A stretch of 45,585 nt of DNA from Candidatus Gottesmanbacteria bacterium RIFOXYB1_FULL_47_11 (GCA_001779455.1 MFKE01000019.1:33201-78785), one strand, 5' to 3'. Positions 35,934-45,585 are shown, counted from the first letter of the stretch. The notes: generated by a model not told the origin, from the letters alone. Program-made: numbers and translations.

Positions 35934-36872
35934 TCATCCTCCGATTCCGTAGACAACAATGAAGATGCTCGTTATCCAGAGAATCACGGTCGTCAGAAGC
36001 GGTGCGTCCGAGGTGAGTATTTTTTCCGGCGATTCGCCTTTACCTTCATAAATCAGCTGCATATACCGCATAATACCGAACAGTACAAACGGAACACTGG
36101 CCATCAGCCATTTGCGGCCGGAAATATCGAGCGTAAATTCGTTATAGTTGCGGAAAAATAATCCAGGGGTAGACGGCCGCTCCAGAAATGTGTAGAAGGC
36201 GTATGTGATGAAAGTGCTGTTGGCAAACATTGCCGTATAGGTATCCAGTAATTTTTCGGAGTAGTGAGACAGGGATTCCCGCGTATCCTGCGGGACGACT
36301 CCTTTGTATTTCTGGATCAGGGTGAGTTCTGCCCGACGCTTTCCGATTGCCAAAAACAGCGCAAGGGAGAGCGCGGCAAGGGCAAGCCATATGGAAATAT
36401 GGTAGCCTGTCGCCGCTTCGCCTGCGTAGACGCGCAGGAAGTAGGCAGTCGTTATCGTCAGGATATCTATGACGCTGATGTGCTTGAAAAACAGGGTATA
36501 GGAGTACTGGAGTGCAAGAAATAATATTGAGAGTATAAAAAACGAGCCTCCGATTATATAGGCAATAGTCAGCCCTGTTATGCCAAAGATAAGTGAAACC
36601 AGGAGTGCAATCCTAACCGGGAGTTTTCCGCTTGCGACAGGACGGAATTTTTTAAACGGATGCTTGCGGTCCTTTTGCGCATCCAGGATGTCATTAAAGA
36701 TATAGTTGGATGATGACAGTAAACAGAATGCGACGAATCCGTAAAGCGTAGCGGTCATCGCCTTGGGGTCAAAGAACCGTCCAGTGAACAGGATGGTCGT
36801 AAACAGCGCGAAGTTTTTTATCCACTGTCTGGGTCTCGCGGTTTTGAGAATTCCGTAAAGAATCGTACCCAT
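35934..36872 (-). CDS. UbiA-family polyprenyl-phosphate phosphoribosyltransferase (decaprenyl-phosphate 5-phosphoribosyltransferase-like)
   Basis: ARPRQWIKNFALF and NDILDAQKDRKHPFKKFRPVASG closely resemble the Rv3806c-type DPPR synthase signature. Confidence 0.75.
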   Translation of the reverse strand: MGTILYGILKTARPRQWIKNFALFTTILFTGRFFDPKAMTATLYGFVAFCLLSSSNYIFNDILDAQKDRKHPFKKFRPVASGKLPVRIALLVSLIFGITGLTIAYIIGGSFFILSILFLALQYSYTLFFKHISVIDILTITTAYFLRVYAGEAATGYHISIWLALAALSLALFLAIGKRRAELTLIQKYKGVVPQDTRESLSHYSEKLLDTYTAMFANSTFITYAFYTFLERPSTPGLFFRNYNEFTLDISGRKWLMASVPFVLFGIMRYMQLIYEGKGESPEKILTSDAPLLTTVILWITSIFIVVYGIGG

Positions 36873-37900
36873 AGAAGAAACGCGGTAAAGCTTACGGCAA
36901 CAATCAGCAATGCGAATAATTTTTGCCTGCTATTGACAGAAAGCGCTACCACACCAAGTATAGCCGAGACCCCCCAGTAAAACAAGGCTACCCGGCGCTT
37001 ACCCCAGCCGATATCAAGAAGCCGGTGATGCAGATGTCCGCGGTCTGCCAAAACCGGGGATTTCCGTTTTCCGATTCTGCGAAGCAGGGTATAGGCGGCA
37101 TCTGTCATCGGAATTCCAAGCACCAGGAGCGCAGTCCCAAGTTTTCCGTAGGATAATATTCCCAAAAGCGCCAGTAAAAATCCTGCAAGCGTTTTTCCTC
37201 CGTAGCCGGGCATGATTTTCTGCGGATAAAAATTCCAGGGGATAAATCCGGCAAATACGCCGGCAACGATAAATGCAAGGATAGTAATGGTCGTTTGGTG
37301 CGGATCAAGAGCTGTGAACCTGAGCGATAACAGCCCCAGGGTAAAGGCCGCGATAGCGACAAAGCCCGGCATTTGACCCTCGACACCGGCGGACCAGCCG
37401 ACGATATTCATGGTCCAAATAATCCAGAGAAGGGCAAATAAATCTGCCCACACGAGAATGGAATGTGTTCCCCAAAATGTAAAGGTTACCCTCCATGTAT
37501 CCAGATGAATGACTCCGCCGGTTAATGGATTAGTGATATACGGGATACCGGCGCCGGCCAAGACCATGATAAGCGCAGCCAGTACGTTTGTGCCGAAACG
37601 GATGTATGGATTTACATCACGCCGGTCATCAAGCAGTCCGACAATAACCAGGATGGTTGCGGAAATGAGCATGCCTGCGTACAGTTTGGAGACGGGAATA
37701 AATATAGCTGTCGTCAGAATCAATCCGATAAACAGCGCAAGCCCTCCCGCCCGCGGAATGATGCCGGTATGGGTGTGGGCGGGGTGATACCGTTTTTTGG
37801 GATTATCGACGAGTTTGTATTTTTTCGCGATGGCGATAACCAGCGGTGTGACGGCAAGAGTAGTACATGCCGCGAAAAAAAAAGGAACAAATATGGTCAT
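36818..37900 (-). CDS. polyprenyl-phosphate N-acetylhexosamine-1-phosphate transferase (MraY/WecA/TagO family)
   Basis: LVDNPKKRYHPAHTHTGIIPRAGGLALF and LLDDRRDV on an approximately 10-TM protein. Confidence 0.8.
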   Translation of the reverse strand: MTIFVPFFFAACTTLAVTPLVIAIAKKYKLVDNPKKRYHPAHTHTGIIPRAGGLALFIGLILTTAIFIPVSKLYAGMLISATILVIVGLLDDRRDVNPYIRFGTNVLAALIMVLAGAGIPYITNPLTGGVIHLDTWRVTFTFWGTHSILVWADLFALLWIIWTMNIVGWSAGVEGQMPGFVAIAAFTLGLLSLRFTALDPHQTTITILAFIVAGVFAGFIPWNFYPQKIMPGYGGKTLAGFLLALLGILSYGKLGTALLVLGIPMTDAAYTLLRRIGKRKSPVLADRGHLHHRLLDIGWGKRRVALFYWGVSAILGVVALSVNSRQKLFALLIVAVSFTAFLLWVRFFTEFSKPRDPDSG

Positions 37901-37905
37901 ATCGG

Positions 37906-38280
37906 TTATGTGACGAGAAACACAATTTTAACCAGCGTAATAAATGAAAGAAGGCTTACGATAAGCGAAGATAAAAAAAGCATTTGGGTGAAAATCAGAT
38001 ATTCCGCGGTGAAATAGATGCTGACAACCACGTTGACGATATACAAAAACATGCTTGCCATCGGCAGAAGGAAAAGCCAATAAGGTTCAGTCATCTGATC
38101 CGCACCCCATGGGCGCGAGTACCACAGCGGTACCATAGGAGGAAGCAGCCTCCATCGCCACAGAAGAATACCCAAAGAAAGGACAAAGCATATAAGCACA
38201 AATTTATGTGAGAGGCCGACGACCCAATTGACAGATAGTGTACGCCATACGGTTTGTGCGTGCCCACGGAATATATTCAT
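37906..38280 (-). CDS. small membrane protein (124 aa, about 4 TM), hypothetical
   Basis: ORF track. It sits inside the glycosylation operon with 2-nt and 5-nt gaps. Confidence 0.5.
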   Translation of the reverse strand: MNIFRGHAQTVWRTLSVNWVVGLSHKFVLICFVLSLGILLWRWRLLPPMVPLWYSRPWGADQMTEPYWLFLLPMASMFLYIVNVVVSIYFTAEYLIFTQMLFLSSLIVSLLSFITLVKIVFLVT

Positions 38281-38282
38281 GG

Positions 38283-39623
38283 TTATTGTTTTGCCGGCTT
38301 TATAAGAATCGGCGCGTTATATGTAACATCAAACTTTCCGTTTTGGTGAACGACAAAGGCCCGGATGGGATACGGAGGATACTCAGCAACTATCTGTTTA
38401 GGGTTGACAATCGCATCGCCGACATACCACGGAAATTCATTCAACTCCGGGTTATACAGATAGACATGCGCGGGGTCGCCGCTATAGTACATCGTTTCAA
38501 AAAACACCAGAGGACTGTCTGTCATAATGACATCGGTCGGTGACGTGAGTGCTTTCACCTGGCGCATTGTTTCGCGGATATCGGTTTTGGCATGGAGACT
38601 GGGATACCACACGTTAAAACCCAAAACGAAAAGCAGGAACAGCGCTGCCGTAATTTTTTGGACAATAGCATTTCGTATTGCATATATCGCGATGGCTATA
38701 AGAAGTACTTCCGCAATAGTTACCGCAATCATATACCGGTTCACGTAGATTGGTTTGAAAAACGAAATGCCGATGATAACGATAAGCGGCACATACACCT
38801 GGACAAAAAGGGGCGCGGCAGTACGGCTGACTTTTTTGGACAAGAGTGCCACAATACTTGCCCCAAGGATGAGAAGAGATAAATATTTTGTAAACGTCCA
38901 CAGGTACCACGGTGTGCCTTCGTATCCCAAAAATAAATTACCCAATACCGACGTTATCAGATTACTATCGACCGGAAAGTACCATGACTGCCGGAGTTTG
39001 GTAGCAGCAACGCCGATTTTCACGAGCCACGGCGCGATACACAGTCCCACTACAAAAATGGCACGGATCATTGGATCTGCACAGAATGACCGGAAGCCGC
39101 GGCTAAAAAGTTGTTTCCGCTGTGAAAAGAGATAATGGGAGATCAGCGCAAAGGGGACTATGACGAGAAACGTGTGCGTATAAAATCCGAGAACCGTGGC
39201 GGCGGTCCAGAGCTTCCACTTTCGCTGATCATACGCAAAAAGCGCAAGTGTCGCAAAAAAGATATACCACCCATACGTACGCAGTTCCATACCGTAATAC
39301 AGAAGCATAGGATTGAAAAAGAAAAAAACAGGCAGCCACCACGCGAGCCAGTGTTTTTTAAACATTTTTTCCGACCAGAAGATGATGATTCCCGTGGCTC
39401 CGGCAAACGCCAGAAGCGATAGACTTCTGCCCGCAATTTCACTCATGCCGAAAATTTTAGTCCAGAAATGTAACAGCAGATAATAAAACGGTGGTTCAAA
39501 ATCCAAATGCGTTACAAAAAATGAGATCGGCCGTGCCGCCATATAGACGGAAAATACTTCGTCGCGCCACAGACTTTGGGTCAAGTACAGGAGTGGTGAG
39601 TGCGCAATTAAATAATTCAACAT
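38283..39623 (-). CDS. GT-C fold membrane glycosyltransferase (ArnT / PMT_2-like)
   Basis: A first-loop acidic motif (SLWRDEVFS), then FEPPFYYLLLHFWTKIFGMSEIAGRSLS. Polytopic N-terminal half and a soluble C-terminal domain. Confidence 0.7.
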   Translation of the reverse strand: MLNYLIAHSPLLYLTQSLWRDEVFSVYMAARPISFFVTHLDFEPPFYYLLLHFWTKIFGMSEIAGRSLSLLAFAGATGIIIFWSEKMFKKHWLAWWLPVFFFFNPMLLYYGMELRTYGWYIFFATLALFAYDQRKWKLWTAATVLGFYTHTFLVIVPFALISHYLFSQRKQLFSRGFRSFCADPMIRAIFVVGLCIAPWLVKIGVAATKLRQSWYFPVDSNLITSVLGNLFLGYEGTPWYLWTFTKYLSLLILGASIVALLSKKVSRTAAPLFVQVYVPLIVIIGISFFKPIYVNRYMIAVTIAEVLLIAIAIYAIRNAIVQKITAALFLLFVLGFNVWYPSLHAKTDIRETMRQVKALTSPTDVIMTDSPLVFFETMYYSGDPAHVYLYNPELNEFPWYVGDAIVNPKQIVAEYPPYPIRAFVVHQNGKFDVTYNAPILIKPAKQ

Positions 39624-39629
39624 ACCTTA

Positions 39630-41111
39630 TTATATCTTTTCCGTCACCCGATATTCCAATCGTTTTCCCAGTATAAGCCGGGTGTGTGCGTCCAGCCCCG
39701 GAAGCGCGGCAAGGAAGAATGAAACGATGGGGAGAGTGAGCCACTGGATGTAAAGGAACGGCAAATTCCACGTTTTGAAATCCTTTGGGCGTGGCGGTTT
39801 GACACGCCAGTCAATGATCAGGACAACAAGAAGGAACACCATGGCAAGCGTCAGTATGCCGGAAGAAAGCTGTGCAAGATTATGTCCCAGCACCGTCCTG
39901 CCGAATGCAGGATTGATGATCGGAGGGATTAAACTGCCGAGGGTGAGGATAAACCAGTTTGAGGACCAAAACACATGTTGTTCCAGCAGAATGAGGAGTC
40001 TGCGTATTCTGTCCCAGAGAGGGATTTCCGTATGCATTACGGCGCCCCGGATGACATACGGGATATCGGAAATGCCCCATGCCCATCGTTTGGATTGTTC
40101 ATATTGATTTATCATGGTACGCCAAAATCCGTGAGACTCCGCGGCGTCAACAAGAATTGGGAGAAAGATGCTTCTGGTGGCGACGTTTTTGCCGAACCGG
40201 AAATACACCTTAAAAAACAAATGATAATCCTCGGGGATGACGTCTACCGACCAATATCCTGCGCTTATTGCAGTGGTGAGAGCAAGGGAATAGGTCGAAA
40301 AATTTATGAGACGCTGCCGCTGTTTAAGGAGAGCCAAATTCGATATGCTGTAGATCGTATTTAACACTCTGCCGGGGAGCGGAATGCGCCAGATATTGGA
40401 ATAAAACAGAATTGCTCCCTGATAAAAATGATATTGCCGGCCGGTATCAGTTAGGAAAGAGTGGGATAAATACGAAAAATATTTTGGATGTAAGAGCGCA
40501 TCCGCATCGCAGGATGTGACCGTTGTATATGCAAGCGGAATATGCCGATTTTTCAGTGCACGGACAACGCGTCTTCCGGCCCATGCCATATTGCTTGATT
40601 TGCCGGCAACCTCTCCGTTGTGTAGGACATGTCGGGTAATGAGTATGTGCCCGAATTTCGTTTCAAATTCCGTTTTCAGAAGCTTCGCAGTATTTTTGGC
40701 ATCCGGGTCTTTCGCTTCTGTAGCCAACACCACAACAAGTCTTTCTTTGGGGAAATCCTGATTTGCCAGGTTCTCAAGCGTCCGCCGGAGAATATGGATG
40801 GGCTCATGGTACTCGGGGATAATGATGACATGATACAATTCATCAAAATGCGGGAGTGCACGTGCGGAGGCCGCCCAGTCAATTTTTATATGGGCGTTCA
40901 TCGTGACAAAAGCCTGCACTGCATAAAGGGCGAGGGTGAAAGACTTATAAAACCAGTAAATGTCAAATGAAATAATCAGGTACGCGACGATAGCGGGATG
41001 CCAAAATGAAAGCCACACAGGCATGGTGATAAGCGCCCACGAGAGTCCGGGGACGAGGATCTCCAGCAGGCGCTGTACGCGATTCGGGTATCGGACAAAT
41101 AATTGGCGCAT
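39630..41111 (-). CDS. membrane-embedded family 2 glycosyltransferase (processive synthase type)
   Basis: VIIPEYHEP, CDADALLHP and the QxxRW motif (QSKRWAWG), flanked by TM helices. Confidence 0.8.
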   Translation of the reverse strand: MRQLFVRYPNRVQRLLEILVPGLSWALITMPVWLSFWHPAIVAYLIISFDIYWFYKSFTLALYAVQAFVTMNAHIKIDWAASARALPHFDELYHVIIIPEYHEPIHILRRTLENLANQDFPKERLVVVLATEAKDPDAKNTAKLLKTEFETKFGHILITRHVLHNGEVAGKSSNMAWAGRRVVRALKNRHIPLAYTTVTSCDADALLHPKYFSYLSHSFLTDTGRQYHFYQGAILFYSNIWRIPLPGRVLNTIYSISNLALLKQRQRLINFSTYSLALTTAISAGYWSVDVIPEDYHLFFKVYFRFGKNVATRSIFLPILVDAAESHGFWRTMINQYEQSKRWAWGISDIPYVIRGAVMHTEIPLWDRIRRLLILLEQHVFWSSNWFILTLGSLIPPIINPAFGRTVLGHNLAQLSSGILTLAMVFLLVVLIIDWRVKPPRPKDFKTWNLPFLYIQWLTLPIVSFFLAALPGLDAHTRLILGKRLEYRVTEKI

Positions 41112-41183
41112 GGGATCAATCTAAATGACCTATAACGTACTTACGATTATACCACGGATGAACGAAGCGTGGAGAACATACGC

Positions 41184-41927
41184 ATGAAACACAGGATAGC
41201 AGTTATTTTACACGGGTGGCCGCAGCCTGAGGGTCGGCAAAGCATGTATCATGAGTATTTCCGACAAAATGGGTATCGCGTGATATCCCCGTTTTTATTT
41301 GACGAACGCACGGTATTTTCTTTGCAATCAGTACGGCTTCGGGTCCGCCGGTTGTTGGCCGGCCAAAAACCACATGTTATCGTGGGCATTTCCATGGGTG
41401 GATTGTTGTCACCGACTCTCTTGCGTGAGTATCCAAGAGTAAAAGGGGTATTTATTGCAAGTAACGCGAAATTAGTAAACAGCAGGTCTCTATTTTATGG
41501 AGCTGTTCAATGGGCAAACAATCCGGTATTCCTCCGGCTCTTGGGAATATTTCGATGGCTGCCGGCGCCGGTTCTTTTTGAGATATATCAGTTTATCAAT
41601 CAATTCGACGGGAACACAGGTAGCCGCGCAAAGTATTTGGATGATATGAAACGGAATATTGAGTGTATCAGAAGTATTTCCGTCCGTAAGGAGGCGGAAA
41701 TTATCCGTTTTGTTTGTGAAACTGACAATGCACCGTTACTGCGGACAATCCAAAATCCCTGTTTGGTGTTTTCAGGAGCACGGGATGACTTGATGCCGTC
41801 ACCATCTGACTATCCGCTCCATAAACTTTTATCGCACGCCACACTCATTCGGACGCGCGGGGGACATTACAATGTATTTACGGAGAAAAATTTTGATGAC
41901 CTTACTGCTTTCTTGAGAGTAAGGTAA
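41184..41927 (+). CDS. alpha/beta-fold hydrolase
   Basis: VILHGW and the nucleophile elbow VGISMGG. The track start at 41169 is GTG. I prefer ATG 41184. Confidence 0.6.
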   Translation: MKHRIAVILHGWPQPEGRQSMYHEYFRQNGYRVISPFLFDERTVFSLQSVRLRVRRLLAGQKPHVIVGISMGGLLSPTLLREYPRVKGVFIASNAKLVNSRSLFYGAVQWANNPVFLRLLGIFRWLPAPVLFEIYQFINQFDGNTGSRAKYLDDMKRNIECIRSISVRKEAEIIRFVCETDNAPLLRTIQNPCLVFSGARDDLMPSPSDYPLHKLLSHATLIRTRGGHYNVFTEKNFDDLTAFLRVR

Positions 41928-42666
41928 AAAGAGATTGCGCATTTTTTGTCGTTTGTTCCTCAACTGCTGATATGGGTATCCCCTGAAGGCGCGCTATTTC
42001 TGCGGCAACAAGCGGGATATATTTGGGTTCATTACGCGTGCCGCGGTGAGGTATAGGGGTTAAATATGGAGCATCGGTTTCAAGAAGAATCATGGATAGG
42101 GGTATCCCCGGAATAATAGTCTGCAGTTGTTTTGAATACGTACAATTTCCGTCCAATCCGATATATAAATTTCTATCTTTTGCCATGCGGATTTCCTGAA
42201 GTCCTCCGGAAAAACAGTGGATGACGCCCGGCACGGAAATCGTGTCGTATATAGGGAAAAAATCCTCAAAAGCCTCTCTGCAATGCATGATAACCGGCTT
42301 GTTATGTTTGCGCCCAAGGCGGAGCTGTTCTTCGAATAGTATTTTCTGGGCCTGTTTTTTCCCGGCTGCCGCCTCACCTTTGTACTGATGATAGTCCAGA
42401 CCTATTTCGCCGACGGCAACAGCCTGGTGGATCGGTAAATCTCCCACAGGAGGGTTATGTTGGGCTTCATACGGATGATAACCGACGGCTGCAAACACCA
42501 CTCCCGGATGTTTTTGGGCAAGCTCTATGACTTTCTGCGAAGAAAACGGGTCTACACCGGGGCAGATAAACTGTTTAACCCCCGCCTTTTTTGCATTGCC
42601 GATGACCGTTGCGCGGTCAGCATCATATTCAGGAAATGTCAGGTGGCAATGGGTATCGATAAACAT
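41902..42666 (-). CDS. tatD: TatD-family metal-dependent hydrolase/DNase
   Basis: MFIDTHCHL and the overall TatD pattern (HCFSG, ETDAPYL). Confidence 0.85.
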   Translation of the reverse strand: MFIDTHCHLTFPEYDADRATVIGNAKKAGVKQFICPGVDPFSSQKVIELAQKHPGVVFAAVGYHPYEAQHNPPVGDLPIHQAVAVGEIGLDYHQYKGEAAAGKKQAQKILFEEQLRLGRKHNKPVIMHCREAFEDFFPIYDTISVPGVIHCFSGGLQEIRMAKDRNLYIGLDGNCTYSKQLQTIIPGIPLSMILLETDAPYLTPIPHRGTRNEPKYIPLVAAEIARLQGIPISAVEEQTTKNAQSLFTLLSRKQ

Positions 42667-42669
42667 ACG

Positions 42670-44073
42670 CTAGATAAGCCGCGGGAAAAGGGGAACGGCT
42701 GATTGTATTGCCGGCCCTTTGAACTGGTCAAGAATTTTTCGTGCGGTGTCGGGAAGGAACGGCTGTAATGCAACGGCAATATGTATTAATTGGGTAATAT
42801 ATTTTTTAATCTGAGTTGCATCTTTTGTTTCCCACGGCTTATCAGTATTAATCTGCACGTCAAGTTTCTTTATATCCTTCCACAGCTCTTCCAGCGCCAA
42901 ACTGAATTCATACTGATCCACATGGCTGTTTGCAGAAAATGCAGGGAGTGTATTTTTTATGTGAACGGCATTCAGTTCGCAGAGTTTTGCAATACGCGCG
43001 GTCAAATTTCCTATCCCGTTGGCCAAATCCGCGTTATATACTTCCTTAAATCTCGATTCCGAAAAGTCGCCGTCAGCAGTGGACGGAATTTCGCGCAGGA
43101 AATAGTAGCGCAGGGGATCCGAGCCGTATTTCTCAATAAGTGTAAACGGGTCGATGACATTGCCGACGGTTTTACTCATCTTCGCGCCGTTCACCGTAAA
43201 ATATCCGTGTACAAAAATACTTTTTGGCAGTTTGAGCCCTGCACAGAGTAGAAATGCCGGCCAGTAAATAGCATGGAACCGCGTAATGCCTTTCCCTATC
43301 ACGTGGACGTCTGCCGGCCACCATTTGTCATACATTTTTTCATCCCATCCGAACCCGACGCCGCTTTGGTAAATATTGAGCGCATCAAACCAGACGTATA
43401 TTCGCTGCGACGGATCTCCCGGCACCGGCACGCCCCAGTTTTTTGCCCGCTCATTGCTTCTGGAGATGCTGATATCCTGGAGCGGTTGCTTAAGAAACGA
43501 AAGCATTTCGTTTTTGCGGAAATCCGGGATTATCTTGATCGTGTCATTCGTAATCAGTTGCACCAGTTGATCCTGATATTTGGAAAGCCGGAAAAAATAA
43601 TTTTCCTCCTTAACCACGTCAAGTTTTTTTCCGGGATGTTCTAAACATTGTCCGTTTTCATCCAATTCTTCTTTTGTATAGTACTGTTCACATCCGACAC
43701 AATACAGTCCTTCGTAGGATTTTTTGAATATATCCTTTTTGCAGAGTTCCCAGAGTTTTTGCGCGGCGACAAAATTATGCTTCTCGTCACTCCCTTTTTG
43801 CCAGACATCAAAGCGGCACCCTAACGCCTTGGTCAGCTCCAGAAATTTTTCCGTGTTGGTGTCGACAAACTGTTTTACCGGAATACCGGCTTTGTTTGCC
43901 GCCTGTACGTTTTTGAGCGCGTTTTCATCCCCGCCGGAGAGAAGCATGGTGTCTTTACCAAGCAATGCATGGTAGCGCGCAACGACATCTCCCTGCACAA
44001 ATTCCAGCGCATGTCCGACGTGAGGAGGGGCATTTACATAGGGGATAGCGCAGGTAACGTAGAATGTACTCAT
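42670..44073 (-). CDS. metG: methionine--tRNA ligase (short form without the C-terminal tRNA-binding domain)
   Basis: The HIGH-type motif is PPHVGHALE and the KMSKS motif is KMSKT. A CVGCEQY...CLEH knuckle is present. Confidence 0.9.
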   Translation of the reverse strand: MSTFYVTCAIPYVNAPPHVGHALEFVQGDVVARYHALLGKDTMLLSGGDENALKNVQAANKAGIPVKQFVDTNTEKFLELTKALGCRFDVWQKGSDEKHNFVAAQKLWELCKKDIFKKSYEGLYCVGCEQYYTKEELDENGQCLEHPGKKLDVVKEENYFFRLSKYQDQLVQLITNDTIKIIPDFRKNEMLSFLKQPLQDISISRSNERAKNWGVPVPGDPSQRIYVWFDALNIYQSGVGFGWDEKMYDKWWPADVHVIGKGITRFHAIYWPAFLLCAGLKLPKSIFVHGYFTVNGAKMSKTVGNVIDPFTLIEKYGSDPLRYYFLREIPSTADGDFSESRFKEVYNADLANGIGNLTARIAKLCELNAVHIKNTLPAFSANSHVDQYEFSLALEELWKDIKKLDVQINTDKPWETKDATQIKKYITQLIHIAVALQPFLPDTARKILDQFKGPAIQSAVPLFPRLI

Positions 44074-44082
44074 GAGCTGATT

Positions 44083-44385
44083 CTATCTTTTTTGGAACAG
44101 TATCTCAAGGGAAATGAGGATGGGGATAAGAAGGAGCGGATAGTAAAAGTCGCGGAGTCCCAGGAGCCGGAGGAGAAGCCAAATGATAACCCCGAGTGTT
44201 ACCAGGAGTGCACGCCGCACAATTTTAAATACAAAGAGAGAAAAGAAAAACGTGGTCGTGCCGACAATGACAAAAAAAAGAATAAGGAACGGGATATTTT
44301 CCGGTGGAAATGTGTTCACAAACCAGCTTAAAACGCTTAAGAACGAAATGCCGATGATGAGACACCACATGGAATAAGTATACAA
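44083..44385 (-). CDS. small membrane protein (100 aa, 3 TM), hypothetical
   Basis: ORF track. Hydrophobic. It lies 9 nt upstream of metG. Confidence 0.5.
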   Translation of the reverse strand: MYTYSMWCLIIGISFLSVLSWFVNTFPPENIPFLILFFVIVGTTTFFFSLFVFKIVRRALLVTLGVIIWLLLRLLGLRDFYYPLLLIPILISLEILFQKR

Positions 44386-44499
44386 CCATCTTATTCAGGT
44401 TTGCAGCCCGATAGGGCGAAAAAACTGATTAGATGGGAGGATACCCGGAACAATTCCGATTGTGGAGGGTATACAACTTGTGCTATTGTGTCTCATACA

Positions 44500-45477
44500 A
44501 TGAGCCCCGATTTACTCACGACAGTTGTTATCCTCATTTTAGGTTTTGCTATCCTCATATGGGTTGTGAAACGGGAATTATCTAAAGTGAGTAACCAGAA
44601 GGGCGACGCCACACTGGTCGAATGGCTCAAAAGCATGCAGAATACGATTCACGGACAGACCTCGGAAGTGACGCGCACACTTCAGTCCAATACCCGGCAG
44701 CTTAATGAACGGATGGATGAGGCGGCGCGGGTAATCGGAGCACTCAACAAGAATGTAGGAGAAATGTCTGAGGTAGGGCGCGGGATCCGGAGTCTGCAGG
44801 AATTTCTCCAGTCTCCGAAGCTCCGCGGCAACATCGGTGAGCAGGTTCTGAAGGACATGATTGGGCAGACATTTCCGAAAAACTCGTTTCATTTGCAGTA
44901 TTCGTTCAGGTCCGGGGTCAAGGTGGACGCGGTTTTGAAAACTGACGCCGGACTTCTCTGCATAGACTCCAAGTTTCCGATGGAAAATTTTACCCTGATG
45001 CACAAAGGGGAAACGGAAGCGGTACGGACAGCTGCAAAACGCGATTTTATATCCGATGTGAAAAAACATATTACGGATATTTCCAAAAAATATATTCTTC
45101 CCGAAGAAGGCACGATGGATTTTGCCCTCATGTATATTCCTTCGGAATCAGTGTATTACGAGATTGCCAACATGGGAGACCTCATGGAGTTTGCACGAAA
45201 GAATAGGGTATACCCTGTTTCGCCAAATACGCTCTACGCACATTTGCAGGTACTGCTTCTTAGCTTTCAGGGGAAAGAGCTGGAGCAAAAGTCGCGGGAA
45301 GTGTTCCGGCTACTCCGAGCTATACAGAAGGATTATGAAAAGACGGGTGAGCAGCTCGGGGTTCTTGGGCGCCACATCGGGAACGCATACAACTCCATGA
45401 GCTCCGTCTCCGGCGCATTTGATGTGTTGGGGCAAAAATTGTCAAAAACACAAGGATTAAAAGAATTGGAGGAATAA
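44500..45477 (+). CDS. rmuC: DNA recombination protein RmuC
   Basis: N-terminal TM helix, a coiled-coil, then [14 protein letters not shown] and [14 protein letters not shown]. The track start at 44401 is TTG. I prefer ATG 44500 (MSPDLL). Confidence 0.85.
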   Translation: MSPDLLTTVVILILGFAILIWVVKRELSKVSNQKGDATLVEWLKSMQNTIHGQTSEVTRTLQSNTRQLNERMDEAARVIGALNKNVGEMSEVGRGIRSLQEFLQSPKLRGNIGEQVLKDMIGQTFPKNSFHLQYSFRSGVKVDAVLKTDAGLLCIDSKFPMENFTLMHKGETEAVRTAAKRDFISDVKKHITDISKKYILPEEGTMDFALMYIPSESVYYEIANMGDLMEFARKNRVYPVSPNTLYAHLQVLLLSFQGKELEQKSREVFRLLRAIQKDYEKTGEQLGVLGRHIGNAYNSMSSVSGAFDVLGQKLSKTQGLKELEE

Positions 45478-45585
45478 TGAAAAATGCGCTTATTTTGCAC
45501 GGGGCTGGTAATAATCACACAGGAAACTGGTTCCCATGGTTAAAGCGGGAATTAGAGAGAGAGAGCTATAAGGTTTGGGTTCCGG
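45477..45585 (+). CDS. alpha/beta hydrolase of the YdeN/RBBP9-like serine hydrolase type, first 36 codons; the gene runs off the right edge
   Basis: My own translation is [45 protein letters not shown] is present. The ATG overlaps the rmuC stop (TAATG). Confidence 0.5.
   Translation, partial: MKNALILHGAGNNHTGNWFPWLKRELERESYKVWVP

Overview
This is a gene-dense 45.6-kb bacterial window with about 50 protein genes on both strands, one tRNA, and no rRNA, CRISPR array or recognisable transposase or integrase. The standard code applies, since TGA acts as a stop in several ATGA start/stop overlaps. The gene content fits a small-genome uncultivated bacterium of the Patescibacteria/CPR type, which is inference only: many small membrane or secreted hypotheticals, an orphan solute-binding protein, tandem class A PBPs, GapN, an RRM protein and class II RNR.

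Left to right, the recognisable genes are:
- 1-12.3 kb: uppP (5' part), RRM RNA-binding protein, cupredoxin-like protein, two tandem PBP1A paralogs, Fe/Mn SOD overlapping a PP2C phosphatase, gapN, a purine PRTase, a P-loop kinase and an HD hydrolase.
- 12.5-16.9 kb: nrdR, nrdJ, PduO-type adenosyltransferase, a DUF4430-like protein and a small membrane protein.
- 16.9-24.1 kb: a Pro-rich protein plus a VirD4/TraG-like ATPase, an S51-like peptidase divergent from a PGM1-like ATP-grasp ligase, an HTH/LAGLIDADG-like protein, tRNA-Ile(UAU) and idi.
- 24.1-30.9 kb: tsaD, MFS, cytidylyltransferase and VanW in one operon, then the orphan Pro-rich solute-binding protein.
- 30.9-35.9 kb: CIRCE-groES-groEL, CPBP protease, NUDIX, an alpha/beta hydrolase and a PEGA/SH3 protein.
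- 35.9-45.6 kb: a five-gene envelope glycosylation operon (GT2, GT-C, small TM protein, WecA-like, DPPR-synthase-like UbiA), then tatD, metG and rmuC.

The best candidates for something new are:
- The nrdJ-linked putative corrinoid capture module.
- The polyprenyl-phosphoribose / GT-C glycan operon.
- The genomically encoded tRNA-Ile(UAU) inside an AT-rich mosaic.
- The ATP-grasp / S51 peptidase pair.
- The orphan coupling-protein-like ATPase with its Pro-rich partner.

All family calls come from motif recognition by eye. No database search was run.
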